Source of the DNA: Raillietiella orientalis
Lineage: Eukaryota
DNA: 64,000 nucleotides
Assembly: GCA_036172245.1 (NCBI GenBank)
Contig: JAYWIR010000008.1
Span: 558,001 to 622,000, forward strand
Reading direction: 5' to 3'
Shown here: positions 1 to 13,500 of the stretch, piece after piece
Numbering within the stretch: position 1 is the first letter of the stretch
Layout: the number at the start of each line of letters is the position of its first letter
Program-made: the position numbers and the translations under genes
Notes under the pieces: generated by a model
Database searches by the model: none
Seen by the model: the letters and a program-made list of their open reading frames with translations, nothing else
What the model was told of the DNA's origin: nothing

Positions 1-2950
1 GTGGTTTACGAGCGGAGAATGCCTGGTGACCTGATGACCACGAAGTAATGGTCTTTGGAGAGAAGGGAGAGCTATGATCTTGTCCGTGTGATCAGCGCTC
101 CCTTCTTTCTATCTCTAAAAGGGAGTTGGAAATTTGAGGTGCTGGAAATTACTAAAAAAGGAACCTCCCAAATCTCAAGTTTAAGATTCTTGAAATACCC
201 TCTGCGTGATCGGAGCATATAAATTTAGTGGCCGGTAGTTTCCGTCGAGTAATTGGAGGACGTGTGAAGAGGAGAATCTCGGATGACAGAAACATGAGCC
301 AGAGAATGGACATTTCGAAGAATTCTAAATGGTGGTCATTGGTCACTGACGTGAGAAAGTCCACGTGGGAGTTCGAAGTGCTGGAAGGGGTCTTAAAAAT
401 GGTTAGGCAGGAGGTGGTTAAGATGACTAATAAGTAAGCATGGAGAATTATCAGGCGTCTTGTAAAGGGGAAGCATGAGATTTGGAACGTTAATGAGGAC
501 ATTGCTAATATAGCGAGTGGATAATTTCAAGTCTCATATCGATTCTGCTGGAATAAGGGTGGACGATTCGAAAAAGAATGAATGAATGCGGAGGGGATGT
601 GAACTCCCTAATGCGAGTTCGATCGTAAGGAGTAAACGATGTCAGGTCATTCGTTGCTGGTTGTTATCTCTCCAAAAAGGAAACCAAGAAATCAGTAATC
701 CTCGAGATTCATTTTGCTTTTCTCAATCTGAATACGTCTGGATAATCTGAGAAGAACATTCCTACCTCCGTCTCTAAGAAGTGCTGGGAGATTAAGTTGT
801 GTTTCATTCCATGCATCATGAGATGAACTGGATATTTAGGAGGGAACACCTGGAAGGCCTCCCGTTTACGAAAGGGGGAGGAATGGGGGCAGCGGTGACT
901 AAAGACCGTGACGACGCACGGGAAATGGTGGAAGTAAACCACCAATTAATGGTAACAGGCGCGTTGTATACTGATGTATCGATGGATACCAAAGGTAGCT
1001 GCAACAGGACCTCCGATAGTGAAGATGACCACCGTCTGGTAGGAGCATGCGTTGTACAAGGTGCTGGATAGAATAGTGTAGGCATTCATCTGAAAAATTT
1101 TGAGATAACTCTAATGTTTGCGGGGGCATAGTTTCGTGAGAGGCCCAAAATGTGTTGGGTCCAGATTATGAGTCCCGGTATGTCGATGCAATAATGAAGA
1201 AGACGATCCTGAGATGCCCTCTTCACTTTTATTTTTTCCCATCTGAAATAAGGGGCTTTGGGATGTGGTTCGATGTCCTAGCAGCGCTTAGGATAAGAAT
1301 CACAAGTGCTGGAGCAGGATCAGGTCTCCTGAGTGTTGCATAAGGATTGTTAAGCATCTGTGGAAGAGAACTGCGGTGTTCTCTTCCAGACAATCAGATG
1401 TTCCTGGGAGTCCTGTTCGAACAGCACACAGATTGATTCCATGGCAGAAACGATGAGGCATCATGAGAGGAGAGATGTTTGGGAAAGTAATACGTTTGCG
1501 ATGCTGACGATGGTGATAATAGAGCCGGTGCTCTCAGACTGAAAAGCTTATGTCTTCACAGAGAGAACAATATTGCTGGATTAGTTGCTAATGAAGGAGC
1601 TGGATGGGACTGTTGTAATAAAGAGGACAAAGGGTCCATTTTGTTTGTGGTTCTTTGGGATAAAATGCTCTGGGGAGTATTATGGAGAAGGTAAGAAGGT
1701 AAGAGGAATTCTAAGTTTGAATTTGTTTAGTCAAAGAAATGCTGTGTTTGATGGCTCTAATATCTGAGGTTAGTTGGTCGTCGAGGCAGAGTCTGTAAAG
1801 AAGCTTATCTATAAGAAGTGAGAGACGGCGTTGATGGTACAAAGTTGATCGAGGATGAGAGAACCGGATAGGAATAGCTCTAGTAAGGTAATCGTCAAGT
1901 AAGCAATCGTCAAGGTTCCTGGGAGTAAGAGCTCAAATTCGAAAGGCCCAACAGGGCGTGCCAATGTCTTTGTGGATATGAGTCATCGTTGCAAAAAGCC
2001 CATGAGATATATGGGATATCAGGTCACTGGCTTATTCTGTTTGTATCCTTGTACAAAGTGGTGTCGTCAGGGACTGGGCTGAAGAGCTTTGGAATAAAAT
2101 GCTGGAGTTAACTGTGAGGGAAAATGGCTGAAGAGAGAGAGGCAGGCTGTGAATCTTGTAAGCTAACCTTTTGCCACGTTGGGGTGTGCATCCTAGATAT
2201 ACAGATAGCGAAGTCTCCCGATAATTGGGTTAGACATCCCGATCGTGGTGCTTGCTCCAGATCCTTCCGTGGGAAACTCTTGCATGGGCGATGTTTCAGA
2301 ACGCAACTGATAAGAATCTCAGGCACTCATTACTGAACATGGAAGGCACTTGGACTTTTAACCTATTCTAGGAGGCAAAGGAGAGCACCCTAAGGCTCAA
2401 TCCTAGAAAATTTAGCTTTTAGCTGGTATTCCGTCAACGGATTTGTGAAAGAGAGAGCTGCCCTCGAGCGTTCCGTGATTGCTCAGGGCTGAAACAGTGT
2501 GCACGATCAGGCCACAGCAGAGTTGTATGTTGAAGGAGTTCTTTTCGTGCCTTGAATTTCTGGGCGACTGCTTACACCAGCGTCATGTCAACGCATGAGA
2601 TTCAAGTAAAACTCTATGAACTTGCAAGCAGAGAGCACACATTTCTCAGATGCTGATGTTCGAATACGAACCCTACATTATGGTGGCCACACACTGCTTG
2701 CCGAATGACAAGACCCGCATAAGCTACAGAAGTTATCGAAAGGTGACAAGACTTGGGATAAGCCAATAGCGTCACCAAAGTTTTTTGCTTTTGGATAACC
2801 ATCTTGGAAAACAGAAGAAACCGGGAATTTTTTCATTCCTTGGTGGCACCCAGGCGTTTTTTCTTAGACGAGCAGCCGCGCTGCCATTACGGCGTTCGCC
2901 GCGGCCTCGAAATGGCAATCTGTGAAAGTCTGTATATCTCCACCTCCACT
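1..2950 (-). mobile_element. Degenerate R2-like (RLE-clade) non-LTR retrotransposon relic running off the left edge
   Basis: Decayed minus-strand motifs in expected order: N-terminal Cys/His-rich segment (~2800-2620), RT motif LPGTSDCLEENTAVL (~1410-1365, cf. GF.PG..GC.E...L), decayed YADD-like region (~1050-1020), CCHC-like KCPFSG...SHVLQ (~320-250). Many stops and frameshifts. Confidence 0.6.
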
Positions 2951-3436
2951 GGAAGATCGAAACCGAATACCACCTAATGCGTTGGATCAACCAAAGTTCT
3001 GATGTTGTACAAATAACTCACGACATCCCGTGGAATTTGTGGTCTTCAACAAGACTCGAATTTCAAAGGGCATTAGCGATTGTGGATCGAATCCGAGGCG
3101 ACCCACTGCGTTTTATATGAACGGTGCCTTCGCTCGGTTTACGTGATCCGAACGCAAACGGAATTCCCTTTCCATGATGTCACGTCAAAAAGTATTTTCT
3201 TGGGTGGTAGCAACGCACTGTACTGTACAATGGCAAAAAATTTCGGTGCGTTGCACTGCATATTTTGATGACATCAATCCCTTTCCAAATTGGGCTGGCG
3301 AACATCAACCGGTCTCCGGCTTCCGGTGCCGTCAAATTTGGGCATGGGTAAATAAATACAAAACTCGTACCTCATCTTTTATTTCTTCATAAATTATAAC
3401 GAACAAAACATAACCGGAGAACACAATAAATTAAAC

Positions 3437-3442
3437 TTTATT
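3437..3442 (-). terminator. Candidate polyadenylation signal (AATAAA) of PDIA3
   Basis: tttatt on + strand ~250 nt downstream of the stop, followed by T/GT-rich sequence on the minus strand; a second AATAAA lies at 3675-3680. Confidence 0.45.
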
Positions 3443-3693
3443 TGATTCAAAAATATACTTCAAGAAACAAACCAAACAGAAAATAATTAAAGAAAACAAT
3501 CATTTGATATCCCAGCACATGAATATGCATAGGTGGTCCTGATAAAAACTTTGAACACTAAACATTGAAATGTGACACTAATTAAGTGCCGGATTAAAGG
3601 AAATTGCATAAAAAATTAGAGAGCCTATGGTCTTAGTACTGTACACAACACTTTTCATGGACATCACTGACAATTTTATTGCAAAGGTACAAC

Positions 3694-6600
3694 CTATAGT
3701 TCTGACTTTCGTAAATTGCCATTCCTGTCCCAACCCTTCAATTCTTGACTGGCATGGCTAGCAATGAATTTGATAAAATCATCCAATTCCCGACCCCCTT
3801 CATAAGGCTGTGGCTTTTGACCTTTGGGTTTCCAAAAAAGTGTAGGAAATCCCCGTACACTGTAAAAAGGAGGCACATCATTGGCAGTAGCATCCATTTT
3901 GACAATAGAAACATCTTCATCTTTCAGCTGAAACATAAGGTACAAATTTTGTTGCATACACTCACTAAAATACCTTGTTAGCCAACTCTTCATAGACTGG
4001 TGCCAATTTTTTACAATGACCACACCAGGGTGCATAAAATTCTACCAGAGCATCACGATCCTCTAGTACGACTTCAGCAAAATTTTTAGCCACTGCTACT
4101 TTAAGTGGCTGAGAATTATCTGCAGGAATAGGTTCTGATTTTATGTAAGCTTCCAGGCGATCAGCTAAAAAGTCTTGAATGAACTTCTCAAAAGCTTCGG
4201 GACTAAACTCCGCATCCAATTTGAACTTGCGTCCTTTAGCATCCTTGGCACAGATTACAGGCTTGTCTCCTTTTATATAGTCAAAGCCATATTCATTGAG
4301 CTCTGATTGCAGCTCGTCTTTAGAAGAAATAGCAAAACCAAGCTTATCCGCATAGTTCTTAGCGACTTTCAGAATGCGATTGCGCCAATAATGGGTGCCT
4401 TTGGGATTTTTTTTGTAGTCCACATCATAATAGGCCACCACTAATGGCTCTTTAAATGTTTGTATATTGGCTGCAGACCTCACATTACATAATCCATTTC
4501 TAATTGATGGTCAATTCAAATTTCACACTGCATGTTTATCTTACTGATTATCTGTGATGAACTGTTCCAAGTCTGATGGATTTGCAGCATCTCCTTTGTA
4601 TATCAAGAAAGGATCTTCAAATTTGCTATGGAGAACTTTGGGACGATACAATATAATTTTATCTCTGCTTGACAGATACATGAACTGCATGAAAAAAATA
4701 AAGATACTTGCTTTGAAGCTTCATCAATTAGACTTGTATCTGTAACATGGGCAAAGTGGATTTTTTCCCTCAGCTTATCAGCAACTTTATCGAATGTTGC
4801 TTTCAACAAATCATTGGTAGCAATGTAAGCTACAACAGGCAAATCACATCAGAGAAAATGCATGGGAAACACACCGATCACAGATAAGCTGTCCTTGGAA
4901 AGAAAAGCATCTCTCTCATCAATGGTAGTCAGATGTTTAGAAGCAGGTCCTAACTGGCTCTTTAGGTTACTTACAATACCATCTGCAAATCATGCTATTT
5001 TTCTATTTATTTGTGCTTGTATGCTGACCTGCCTGTCTTGGTCCATCATATTCTTTAAGAAATTGGTTATAATTAAATAATTTGACTGTGGGATACCCTG
5101 TTACTTGAAACTTGCTGCAGATCTCCTTTCCTTGTTCAGTGCAATCCACCTGAAATTTCAATTTTTCAAAAGCATTCATGCAAAATGAAAAATGCAATAC
5201 CTTGAAAAATTTCATGGGATATTCATGATCTCTCAACTCTTCTGCAGCCTTTTCAAATTCAGGTTTTAATCTCTTGCAATGGCCACACCTAAAACATGAA
5301 GCACATTTATGATGGTTTTTTGAAAAGAAGTCACAAACAGAATGCTACACTTTGTATATATATCTAAGCTTACACTCAACATTACCAGATGACTTCATAA
5401 AATACCACTCTATTCATACTGTTTCTAAAGAAACTACTGAAGAAACAATAAACGAGGAAATCTATGAAGTCAAAATTAGCATGGAATACACATTTTACAC
5501 TACAATTAAGATATTCAAAGATTCTGGGAGCACTCCATGCATCAACATATTTACACCCCGAAAATATTCTTTCCATATCTTCAATGTTTAACACCAGCAA
5601 TAAATGCAACATACCTAACTGACAACCATAATAATTTACTAACATACATATCCATGTATTGTCAATATCAACGTATGAAGCATATCAATTTCTTAAATCC
5701 ACATTTAACATTTTATTTAGCAGATTCAACTGTTTAGTGTAGGCTGTTTTATTTGCTGAAATCACATATTGTATGTGAAACAATTCATGTTCTATACAAC
5801 AAATTCATTTCAAGCATTCTATTAGGTTTTAATCAGAAACTGCAATAACAGCCTAAACTCTGAATGCACAATAAATTACTTAAACATCCTTCAGCATAAA
5901 CCCTAATCAATCCAGGCACCACAAACATCACCCCTTCATTGAAAAGGAGCTTACTTTCTTTTGAGAAACAAAAATAAAGACTTGAATCATTTCCCTAATT
6001 ACTTACTATAAAGAACACTTTTGCACTGAGTACACTAAGAAACCAACCAAGCAGACTGAACTTTTCTCTAGAAACAACTTTCCTTTAGCAGTTCTATTTA
6101 ACACATTTATATGATGTAAAGAAACACAGAATATACTTAACCACCTTCTACATTTGAGTAGTTTTTTGTTCTGTAAAAACTTTTAAAAAGTACATAACTG
6201 AAGGGCAAACAAACTATCCACCTGGAAGGATCATAAAGCATGAGATACACAAACTGTTAAAAACCTTCAGAAATATTTCTTTTCCCTGACAACTTTCCTA
6301 TAGGACATAACTAGTATTCACACTTATTTGATTTCTTTACATGGATTTCCATTTGTTTTTTTTATTTCTGATAGCATTTGTCCATAATATATGATGTAGA
6401 CTCAAAAGAAAGCTTTACTCTATTTTATCTGCATGTGCCTTAATTATTCATTCTACAGCTTAAACGGTCATGCAACATGAGCACGATATAAAACATAAAA
6501 TAGGCATCATCTCGATAATCTCCGGTTAATTGTAGTGTATGCAATTTGTTATTTAACATAATTTGAATACATACCATGGAGCATAGAACATCACGATGGA

Positions 6601-6720
6601 CTTTTCGGTTTTCGCTAGTTGCGATTCAAAATTTGTATCATCTAAAACTATGACATCTTTTTCTGCCGCTTCTAGCGTGGCAACACAAACAAACACGCAA
6701 ACGGTAAAAAAATAGTTCAT
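3694..6720 (-). CDS. PDIA3: Protein disulfide-isomerase A3 (ERp57/ERp60), 8 coding exons, 486 aa
   Basis: Exons 6720-6575, 5288-5201, 5149-5029, 4982-4875, 4829-4712, 4664-4545, 4499-3974, 3927-3694 (1461 nt, in frame). Signal peptide [18 protein letters not shown], two [10 protein letters not shown] thioredoxin sites, ERp57-type [17 protein letters not shown] and [10 protein letters not shown] motifs, C-terminal KSEL. Introns 1286, 51, 46, 45, 47 (GC-AG), 45 and 46 nt. Confidence 0.95.
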
Positions 6721-6849
6721 TTTTAGATTATGTTAACAATCTGGAAAACAGAAATTATGTAAAGCACTCCTACAGGTCTTCGTCCCGCTCAACCGGTTGT
6801 CTGTGAAAGCTGAAACAAACTTCATATTATGTGATTTCATACTACGAAC

Positions 6850-7045
6850 ACTTCGCCAAATAAAGTATAATTATGTAGTCCACAAAAATTCTCTTTGAGC
6901 TCCACACCGAGCCCACAACCAATGTGCTCATTATCGAAACTCTGACAGCACTTCACATTTCCAAGCTCATCATGCCTTCACACTATTACACTTATTATTT
7001 GTCTTTCGATCATTGGTTGTCGTCAGCAGTTGTGAACCAATAGCA
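6850..7045 (-). promoter_or_regulatory. Putative PDIA3 promoter with three CCAAT boxes and a TGACG half-site
   Basis: CCAAT/ATTGG at ~6919, ~7012 and ~7037; cgtca at 7021-7025; CpG retained here but scarce in the gene body; probable 5'UTR intron acceptor (ttttccag) near 6740. Confidence 0.4.
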
Positions 7046-7569
7046 AAAGGAAATCTAGAAGATAGTGAATTAGTAGTGTTGCCAAAGTTATTTGTCTCAG
7101 TTTACAACATATTCTATTAACATTTATTCACAGTCACAAAAATTAAATGATATAGAATATACTTTTCCACTAAATTTTTAAATTTTATATCGCATAATAG
7201 TTCTGTATTTTCCTATTTTCTTTTCTGTATTTTTCTTATTTTGAATCAATTCACCCAAGTACATTCCTTTCAAAACTCATTACAACTTCAGTCGATTTGA
7301 AAAACAAAACAAAACTGACAAACAAAACTAACTAAAAGAAAAACAAGCTATCTGCTTGGGAAAAAATGTGTTTTGAATTTTGTTTAAATTTTACCTAGTC
7401 ACTCCGGGGACTTGACTATAAAAAATATACACATGCAATGTACAATAAAACATTCGAATAAAAAAAAAGTCTTCCTTTTGGAATGTGATAACTATCTCAC
7501 TACATCATTAAAATTCTGGAGGCTGTGCTGTTTGCAAGCATCTTCTCTTCAATTTTCATTCAAATTCAC

Positions 7570-10500
7570 CGGGTCATTTATTGTAAAAGAAATAAATGTT
7601 TACAATGAATAGTCACGAACATATGGATGTTTGTAGCTGCTTTGACAGTGGATGCCTAGGAGAGATTTCTTATTTGAAGAAGCTTGCTGGACAAGCTTCT
7701 CAACCAGGAATTTGAAGGGCCAGGGGAAGCGGAACAAATAAACAAACACACACACACACACAAGAAACGAAAGAAAAAATAATAAAAATGTTGAGTAAAA
7801 AGAGTGAAAGGAGCATAAGTTTCTCCCTGGTCTCCTTATCATCCTTTTCAGGATGCCAGCAAGCTCTTCGTTTTTGCTGTTGGAGGTGCGTCTATGTTAT
7901 TGTGATCCTAATGAAGGAGATCATGATCAGCGATGCATCTCTGGATTGCTGGTCCCTTTCGCTGCATTTGTTGATGCCAGGACTTCAGGGAAGTAGCACA
8001 AGGCTGCGATCACCGGCAGCGGCATTGCTCTACGAGTAGAGGAGACTGAATATGTCCTTCGGGAGGTCTTCTGGCAAGTTCAGGGAAGTGATCAAACGCT
8101 CTCAGAAACGGGAGGGCAACACACTAGAATAGCAGGTGCGAGAAGGCTTCCTTTGCACCGCACCTGGAGCAGTCTGGACCCACCTTTCCCTAGTGATAGA
8201 GGCATGCGTTGCACGGGATAAGCCAATGCAGCAGGCTCAGGGCCGAGACCTGCCATTTTAGGGGAAGCACGGATTTGCCCCAACACACCGCGTCGATCTC
8301 CACTTCATTCCTCGGGATTCCCAAGAGATCCTCTCAGGAAAATTCCTCTGGGGTGCGTAGCGAAAATGGAAGCGTAAGCCAGCTGACGTGCACCATCCAA
8401 CAACCCAGCAGTATTTTCCATCCTGAGATCTCACAGGACAACCTCCAACTTTCCCCGGTGGTCACTGTCACTGTTCACTCGAAGGAGAGCTCTGCAGCAA
8501 GCGGAGATCTTTGTGCCCACGAGATCTTTCTGGGGCATTCCAGGATCTCCTGCAACGAGCAACGAGCATAGTAGGAAGTCTGCAGACCCTGCGCTTCTTC
8601 CCGTTCTTCTTCCACTTCTGGACGGTTCCCTGTTTCCAGGCACTACAGTTCATGGGCGAGCAGGGGATCCATTCATTGTCCAGCGCCAACTGCTAGCTTC
8701 TGCCGAAGCTGATACTTGCGTCGGAATAGTCTTCGCTGGATGTAGATCAGGAAGGACTTCAGTCCTCCCGAACTGGCTTCTTGCTTGGCGAGGATGCGCC
8801 CTGACACGCAGCAATGCGTGGCCCAACGTTTTTTCCGCCAGCACCAGCATTCTGAGCCACAACCGGAGTTCCATCCACTCCAGCGTGAGGAGGCCAGGAC
8901 CACCGTCTCGACCCCGAGGGTGCGATTCCTTAAGATGGACTTGGGACCGTTGAATACCTCAAGGAGCTTTCCGTAGAACGACCCCTCCCAATAGCGACCT
9001 TTACGCTATTGGGAGGGGAGAGAAAATAAGGAGCAAGAGTAGGAGGATGGAGGACACAAACGGGTTTCACGGCAGGCGGCTCGCTCCGGCAAGAAAATCT
9101 CGCCATCCTGGAACGGGGGGAGAGCAGACTTTGCCTTCAGAAGGCAGTTGGACCACGCCTTCTCCGGGAAAAAATCCCCAACCGTACACCGAGGTACTTC
9201 AAGTAGCAAACTGTGGGATCGTTAAGCAGATCCAGTCCAGCCGTCCAGACCAAGGCGCAGCAACCGGACAAACGGACGATTTCTTCTTATTGACCATTAT
9301 GCCAGCTCCATGACGGATTACTTAGAGGAGATGCTCGAGCACTCCCACTGGGGCTGACATGGGGAGCAGGGTCAGAAGGTCGTCAGCACAAATCGACACG
9401 GCAGGCGTGCTGGGGCACGAGCTTGGCAGAGTTGCCAGAGTCTTCCTGTATCAACTCTGAGCGCCAACACGAAGTAGGCTCTGAAGAGCAGGGGACTCGT
9501 CCTGCTACTTTGCCGCATGCCGCACCTTAACGGCACGTCACCCTTGTGTCAACCGCTGAAAAAGGGGCTGATCAGTGAGTGTCGCCAGCTGGTGCGCAGG
9601 TAGGCCGGGAAGATGGCAGATAATCCCATTGGTTCCAGAAGCTCTGGAGGCAGTTTCTAGTCGACACAGAGGAAAACAGATGCGGTCAAAGAACAGACCA
9701 GTTCTTCCGTGTTCTCCCGGGAGCATCACGTGATTACTCCGGGTCGACGACGGAGCTCTCCATCTTCCCTAGGCGCACGACCCACAGTTTCGAGAACTCG
9801 ACTCCCGAGTTCACCAAGGTGATCGGGCGCCAGTTGCTCGTGCTGCGTATGTCTCCTCCTTTAGGGAGGAGAACGCACTCTGGCTGACAGGAAGGAGGCA
9901 GCCGTCCCTCCTCTATCCCGGATCAGCAGTATCGCCAGTGTACGCGCCAGTGGGCACAGTCTTGCGGCGAAGAGCTGGGAAAGACTCCGCCGGCAGTCCG
10001 TCGTCACCTGGAGCTTTGCTCTTTGGGGAGGGCTTTCCGGCGGCGAAGGCAGTTCCCGCCACCGAAGGGACTCGGCACCACGCGCGTGCGTGCCCCCTCC
10101 TCGCCCATCACCGAAGCACACTTCCGGCAATTGCTGATCCTCAGAGTAGCTCTCGACGGGTGAGCACAGCGAGGGGTGGAAGGCTGCGGACGACTTTCCT
10201 AATCTCTTCTGGAACCAGTCGTCCTGGGCCTCGCTCGTCCGGCAGGAGCATCCCCCGTCTTACCTGTCGTTCGACCCTCACCTTGCATTCAGGCTGGAAC
10301 CATTCCTTTCATGCAGAGATCCAGTCTTCCGGAGTGGGCGCATGCCTGCCCGACGGCCTTCCAGAAACACTTTCCAGCGACCGTCCAGATCCCGGCGGTC
10401 AAGCCGAGAGGCGTTCCCAAGCGTCTCTTCCACAGCCAGCTGTTTGCCGTCCCACGGAATTATTGGAAGCCTGAAGCGCCGCAAAATGAGGTGCCAAGAA

Positions 10501-13500
10501 CAGGGACGTCATCTGCTTCGTGACCTGCTTCACGAGGATCGCGACCAGATAATCCCCATCACCACCACACCCTGTTGGAAGAGAGAAGGAGCTTTGGAGA
10601 CATATTTTACGGGATGCAGAGGACTCCATGGAGAGAACTGTGACCTCTTTCCGACCCTGCCAGCAGAGGACAAGGGTAACAGATGTCCGCCGTTTCTAGC
10701 TCTCCTCAAACCGGCTCTGGATGCAGGCCATTTCCTCTTTAACTTCTTCCAGGTGAGGCCACCGTCTTCGTGTAGGCAGCGGTAATCCTGGTGACCTCCC
10801 TTCTCTGCGTGGTTGCCTCGAGCACATGGAGGGCCGCGACGATGGCACGGATGCAACCCATGGTTGCTCCCACTGCGCCTGTCGAGAGTCTTCCCGGCGC
10901 GAAGAACCGTCGCAGCACATCTAGAGCAGTGTCCTCCTGGTGCAGGCGTGCTGTTACTAGTTACGTCCACAATTCCCGAAGGGCGCCGCAGCCCCATAGC
11001 AGGTGTAATATCGACTCTGCTAACCCGCACCTGGCGCAGTTCGGGATGCAGCCCCTACGGAAACCGGATGCTGCCTCTCGTTGCACTGGAATGCCCAGTG
11101 GAGGAAGAGCAAAACGGCCTGTTTCAAGGGGAAGGGGAACACCGAAGTGTCCAAACAACGGAGAGGGACCACAAGTTTTTCGGGAGCAACACTCAAAATT
11201 TCGCTCCACCGAAGGAGCCCCGTTGCCAAAGCACGCGGAGTGGCAGCATCCTCCAACTAGCGCGCCTTCCAGCCACCAAAAAGTTTTGTTTTCCCTGCGA
11301 TGGTGCAGAAAAGCTCCCACCTTGACGGTAGGCTACTGTCATCTTTTGTCCTGAGGGAAGACGGAGCTGCGGCAAAAGAGGTTGTAGCGGCCAGGGTCGA
11401 CCACTTCACCAAGTCCTGCATTATCACTTCCACGGGTCGTGGCAAGAGATGTCGCAGGGGGCGAAGATCTTCAGGGCGCATTCTCTGGAATGCAGCCCAA
11501 GAAGGAAATGAAGAATGCAGCAGGTGTATGCTGAAATCTGCCGCCACCAGGTGGGCTCTCCACACGCCCTCGTCCGCCGGCCATTCGCTCTTCAGGTCGT
11601 CATAGAGCCGGGTTGCGCTTGTGGTGTCCGCTTGAAGCGTTCGTCTGGGGAGCACAAGCTGTCCCTACTCGGACCTTCTCGGACCTGCAATGCCAACCAG
11701 GCTCGCGCGCGGTCCGCTAGATCTCGGAGGCACCGTCAGCACCTTCGAACAGGTGCTCCAGACTGATGCTGGCGAACTCGCTGACTTCATGCCCGGGCAC
11801 GCCGGACTTTGTCGACCTGCGCGAACGACCTGCTTCTCCAGCTGTCCGTGTTCACCCAGGCGGCTAAGCTCGTGGAGCGGACGTACGCGTATTAACAGGA
11901 GCAAGGGTGAGGTCTTCCCTTAGGCGCTAGAGGCAGTCTAACTGGATCCTCTTGGGGATCCCCGCAGAATTGGTCCGCGCTCTATCAGGCGACTTCTGTG
12001 CTACACAAAGGCGTGATCGGACTGCCTTCGAATGGCTGAGATGGCTCTTGACCCATTCCTCGATGGCAGCTTCGTCGTGCCGCAGAGGGCCGCCATTTGG
12101 AACATCTTCCTTGCTGCCCTTTCCTCCACTCCCTTCCTACCTTTATTTTTTGTTTGCCCGTTCCGCTTCTCGGTCAAGTTTCGTGCTCAACTCCCGTTGC
12201 TTAGAGCTCTATGGGGACCTGAGCGGATCAGGATTCTCCTCAAAGACTTGGCGGCTCCGCGTCGGGATGCTGGCTTAGACATCCTGGCGCCGGAGAAAAT
12301 ACTGCTGCAGATGCAGTTCCGTCCGTTGGCCCTTGTTGCTCTTTTCGCTGCTCTGTTTGCAGGGTGCGAGGATTTGGCTTCCTTCTGAGGTAACTCGCCT
12401 CCCTGTTGCAATCCCAGCTGTGGATCCCCTGCCGCCCTCTGAGCTTTACTGCTTGGCGGCAGGAGGTGTCCATGTCCTAGTTACATTCCAGGAAATGCAA
12501 AACTTCGCCCCCTACGCCTCTTCTCCAGCCATCCTTTAGGAGAGGTTCCGCAGGACTCGAAGAAGGTCCTCAACTGGCCGGCACACCTCTTTCCGCAGCT
12601 CTGTCTGCGCTAAGGGCGAGCGACGACAGTTGCCAGCGGACAAAATGAGAGTCCCCCTTCAGCGTTACAGGAAAGGCGAAACTCCTGGAAGACGCGCAAG
12701 CTGGTGGGTGCCTCCACTCTGCGTGCGCAGTTTAAGAAACTCCTTCGGTGGGTTGAATCCCTCACTGTTGGCCCCCAACAATTTGCGGTCCCTCCCTTGT
12801 GTTGGAACACCTCGGCGTCCCCCTTGAACTGTGAAAAGGCTGTGCTGCTGCTTCTGCACGTGAACTTTTCGGCTCGCGCTTGGTGTTCAGGCGGGGAGTG
12901 CATTGAGAGGACGGGATCTTCCCTCTTCTTCCCTTTCCTTACCTTCGTTCTCTTTCCAGCGCAGAGGTTCCTCTGCGCAGACGATTCTCGTGTCCCTTCT
13001 CAGAGGTACACACATCGTCTGCCTCGCTGCTTCGGGTCGTCTTCCAGCGTTTCTGCGTGTTCTCGAGCGCGCGGTGAAGGTTTCGGCTCCAGCTAGGAAC
13101 CGGAAGCCTCGCGCCGGTTTTCCTCTGCACTCGGGGCGCCTCAGAGCCGCCGCGCCGCGAGCTGCCGTCCCTCCTCGTTTCCCTCAGAGAGGACAGCAGC
13201 ATCGCGGCCTTGCTGCACGCCGGTCGACAAGTCGATTGCTCCTTCTGTGGCCGTTTTGCACCACGTTTTTCTGCCGTGCTTTCGATCGCCGCGATATCTG
13301 ACCGAGCGTGACCCCGCACGAACGAACTTGTCGCTTCTTCGCTTCATTGTCGCTACTCGCGGTTTTCTCTTCTCTCTCTCTCTTCTCTTGAAGCCACTCT
13401 CAATCCCGCTTCATTGGCTGTCTCTTTGACTTCTTGGGAAGGATTTTCCGAAGGCGTGCTGGTTGCCTTGGCGGCAGATCTTCATCTGTTTTTTTTTTTT

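Noticed and set aside
3694..3708. KSEL instead of KDEL as a novelty
   Set aside because: ERp57 orthologs commonly carry variant retention signals.
6915..7045. Canonical ERSE/UPRE in the PDIA3 promoter
   Set aside because: CCAAT boxes are present, but none is followed by N9-CCACG and there is no TGACGTGG.
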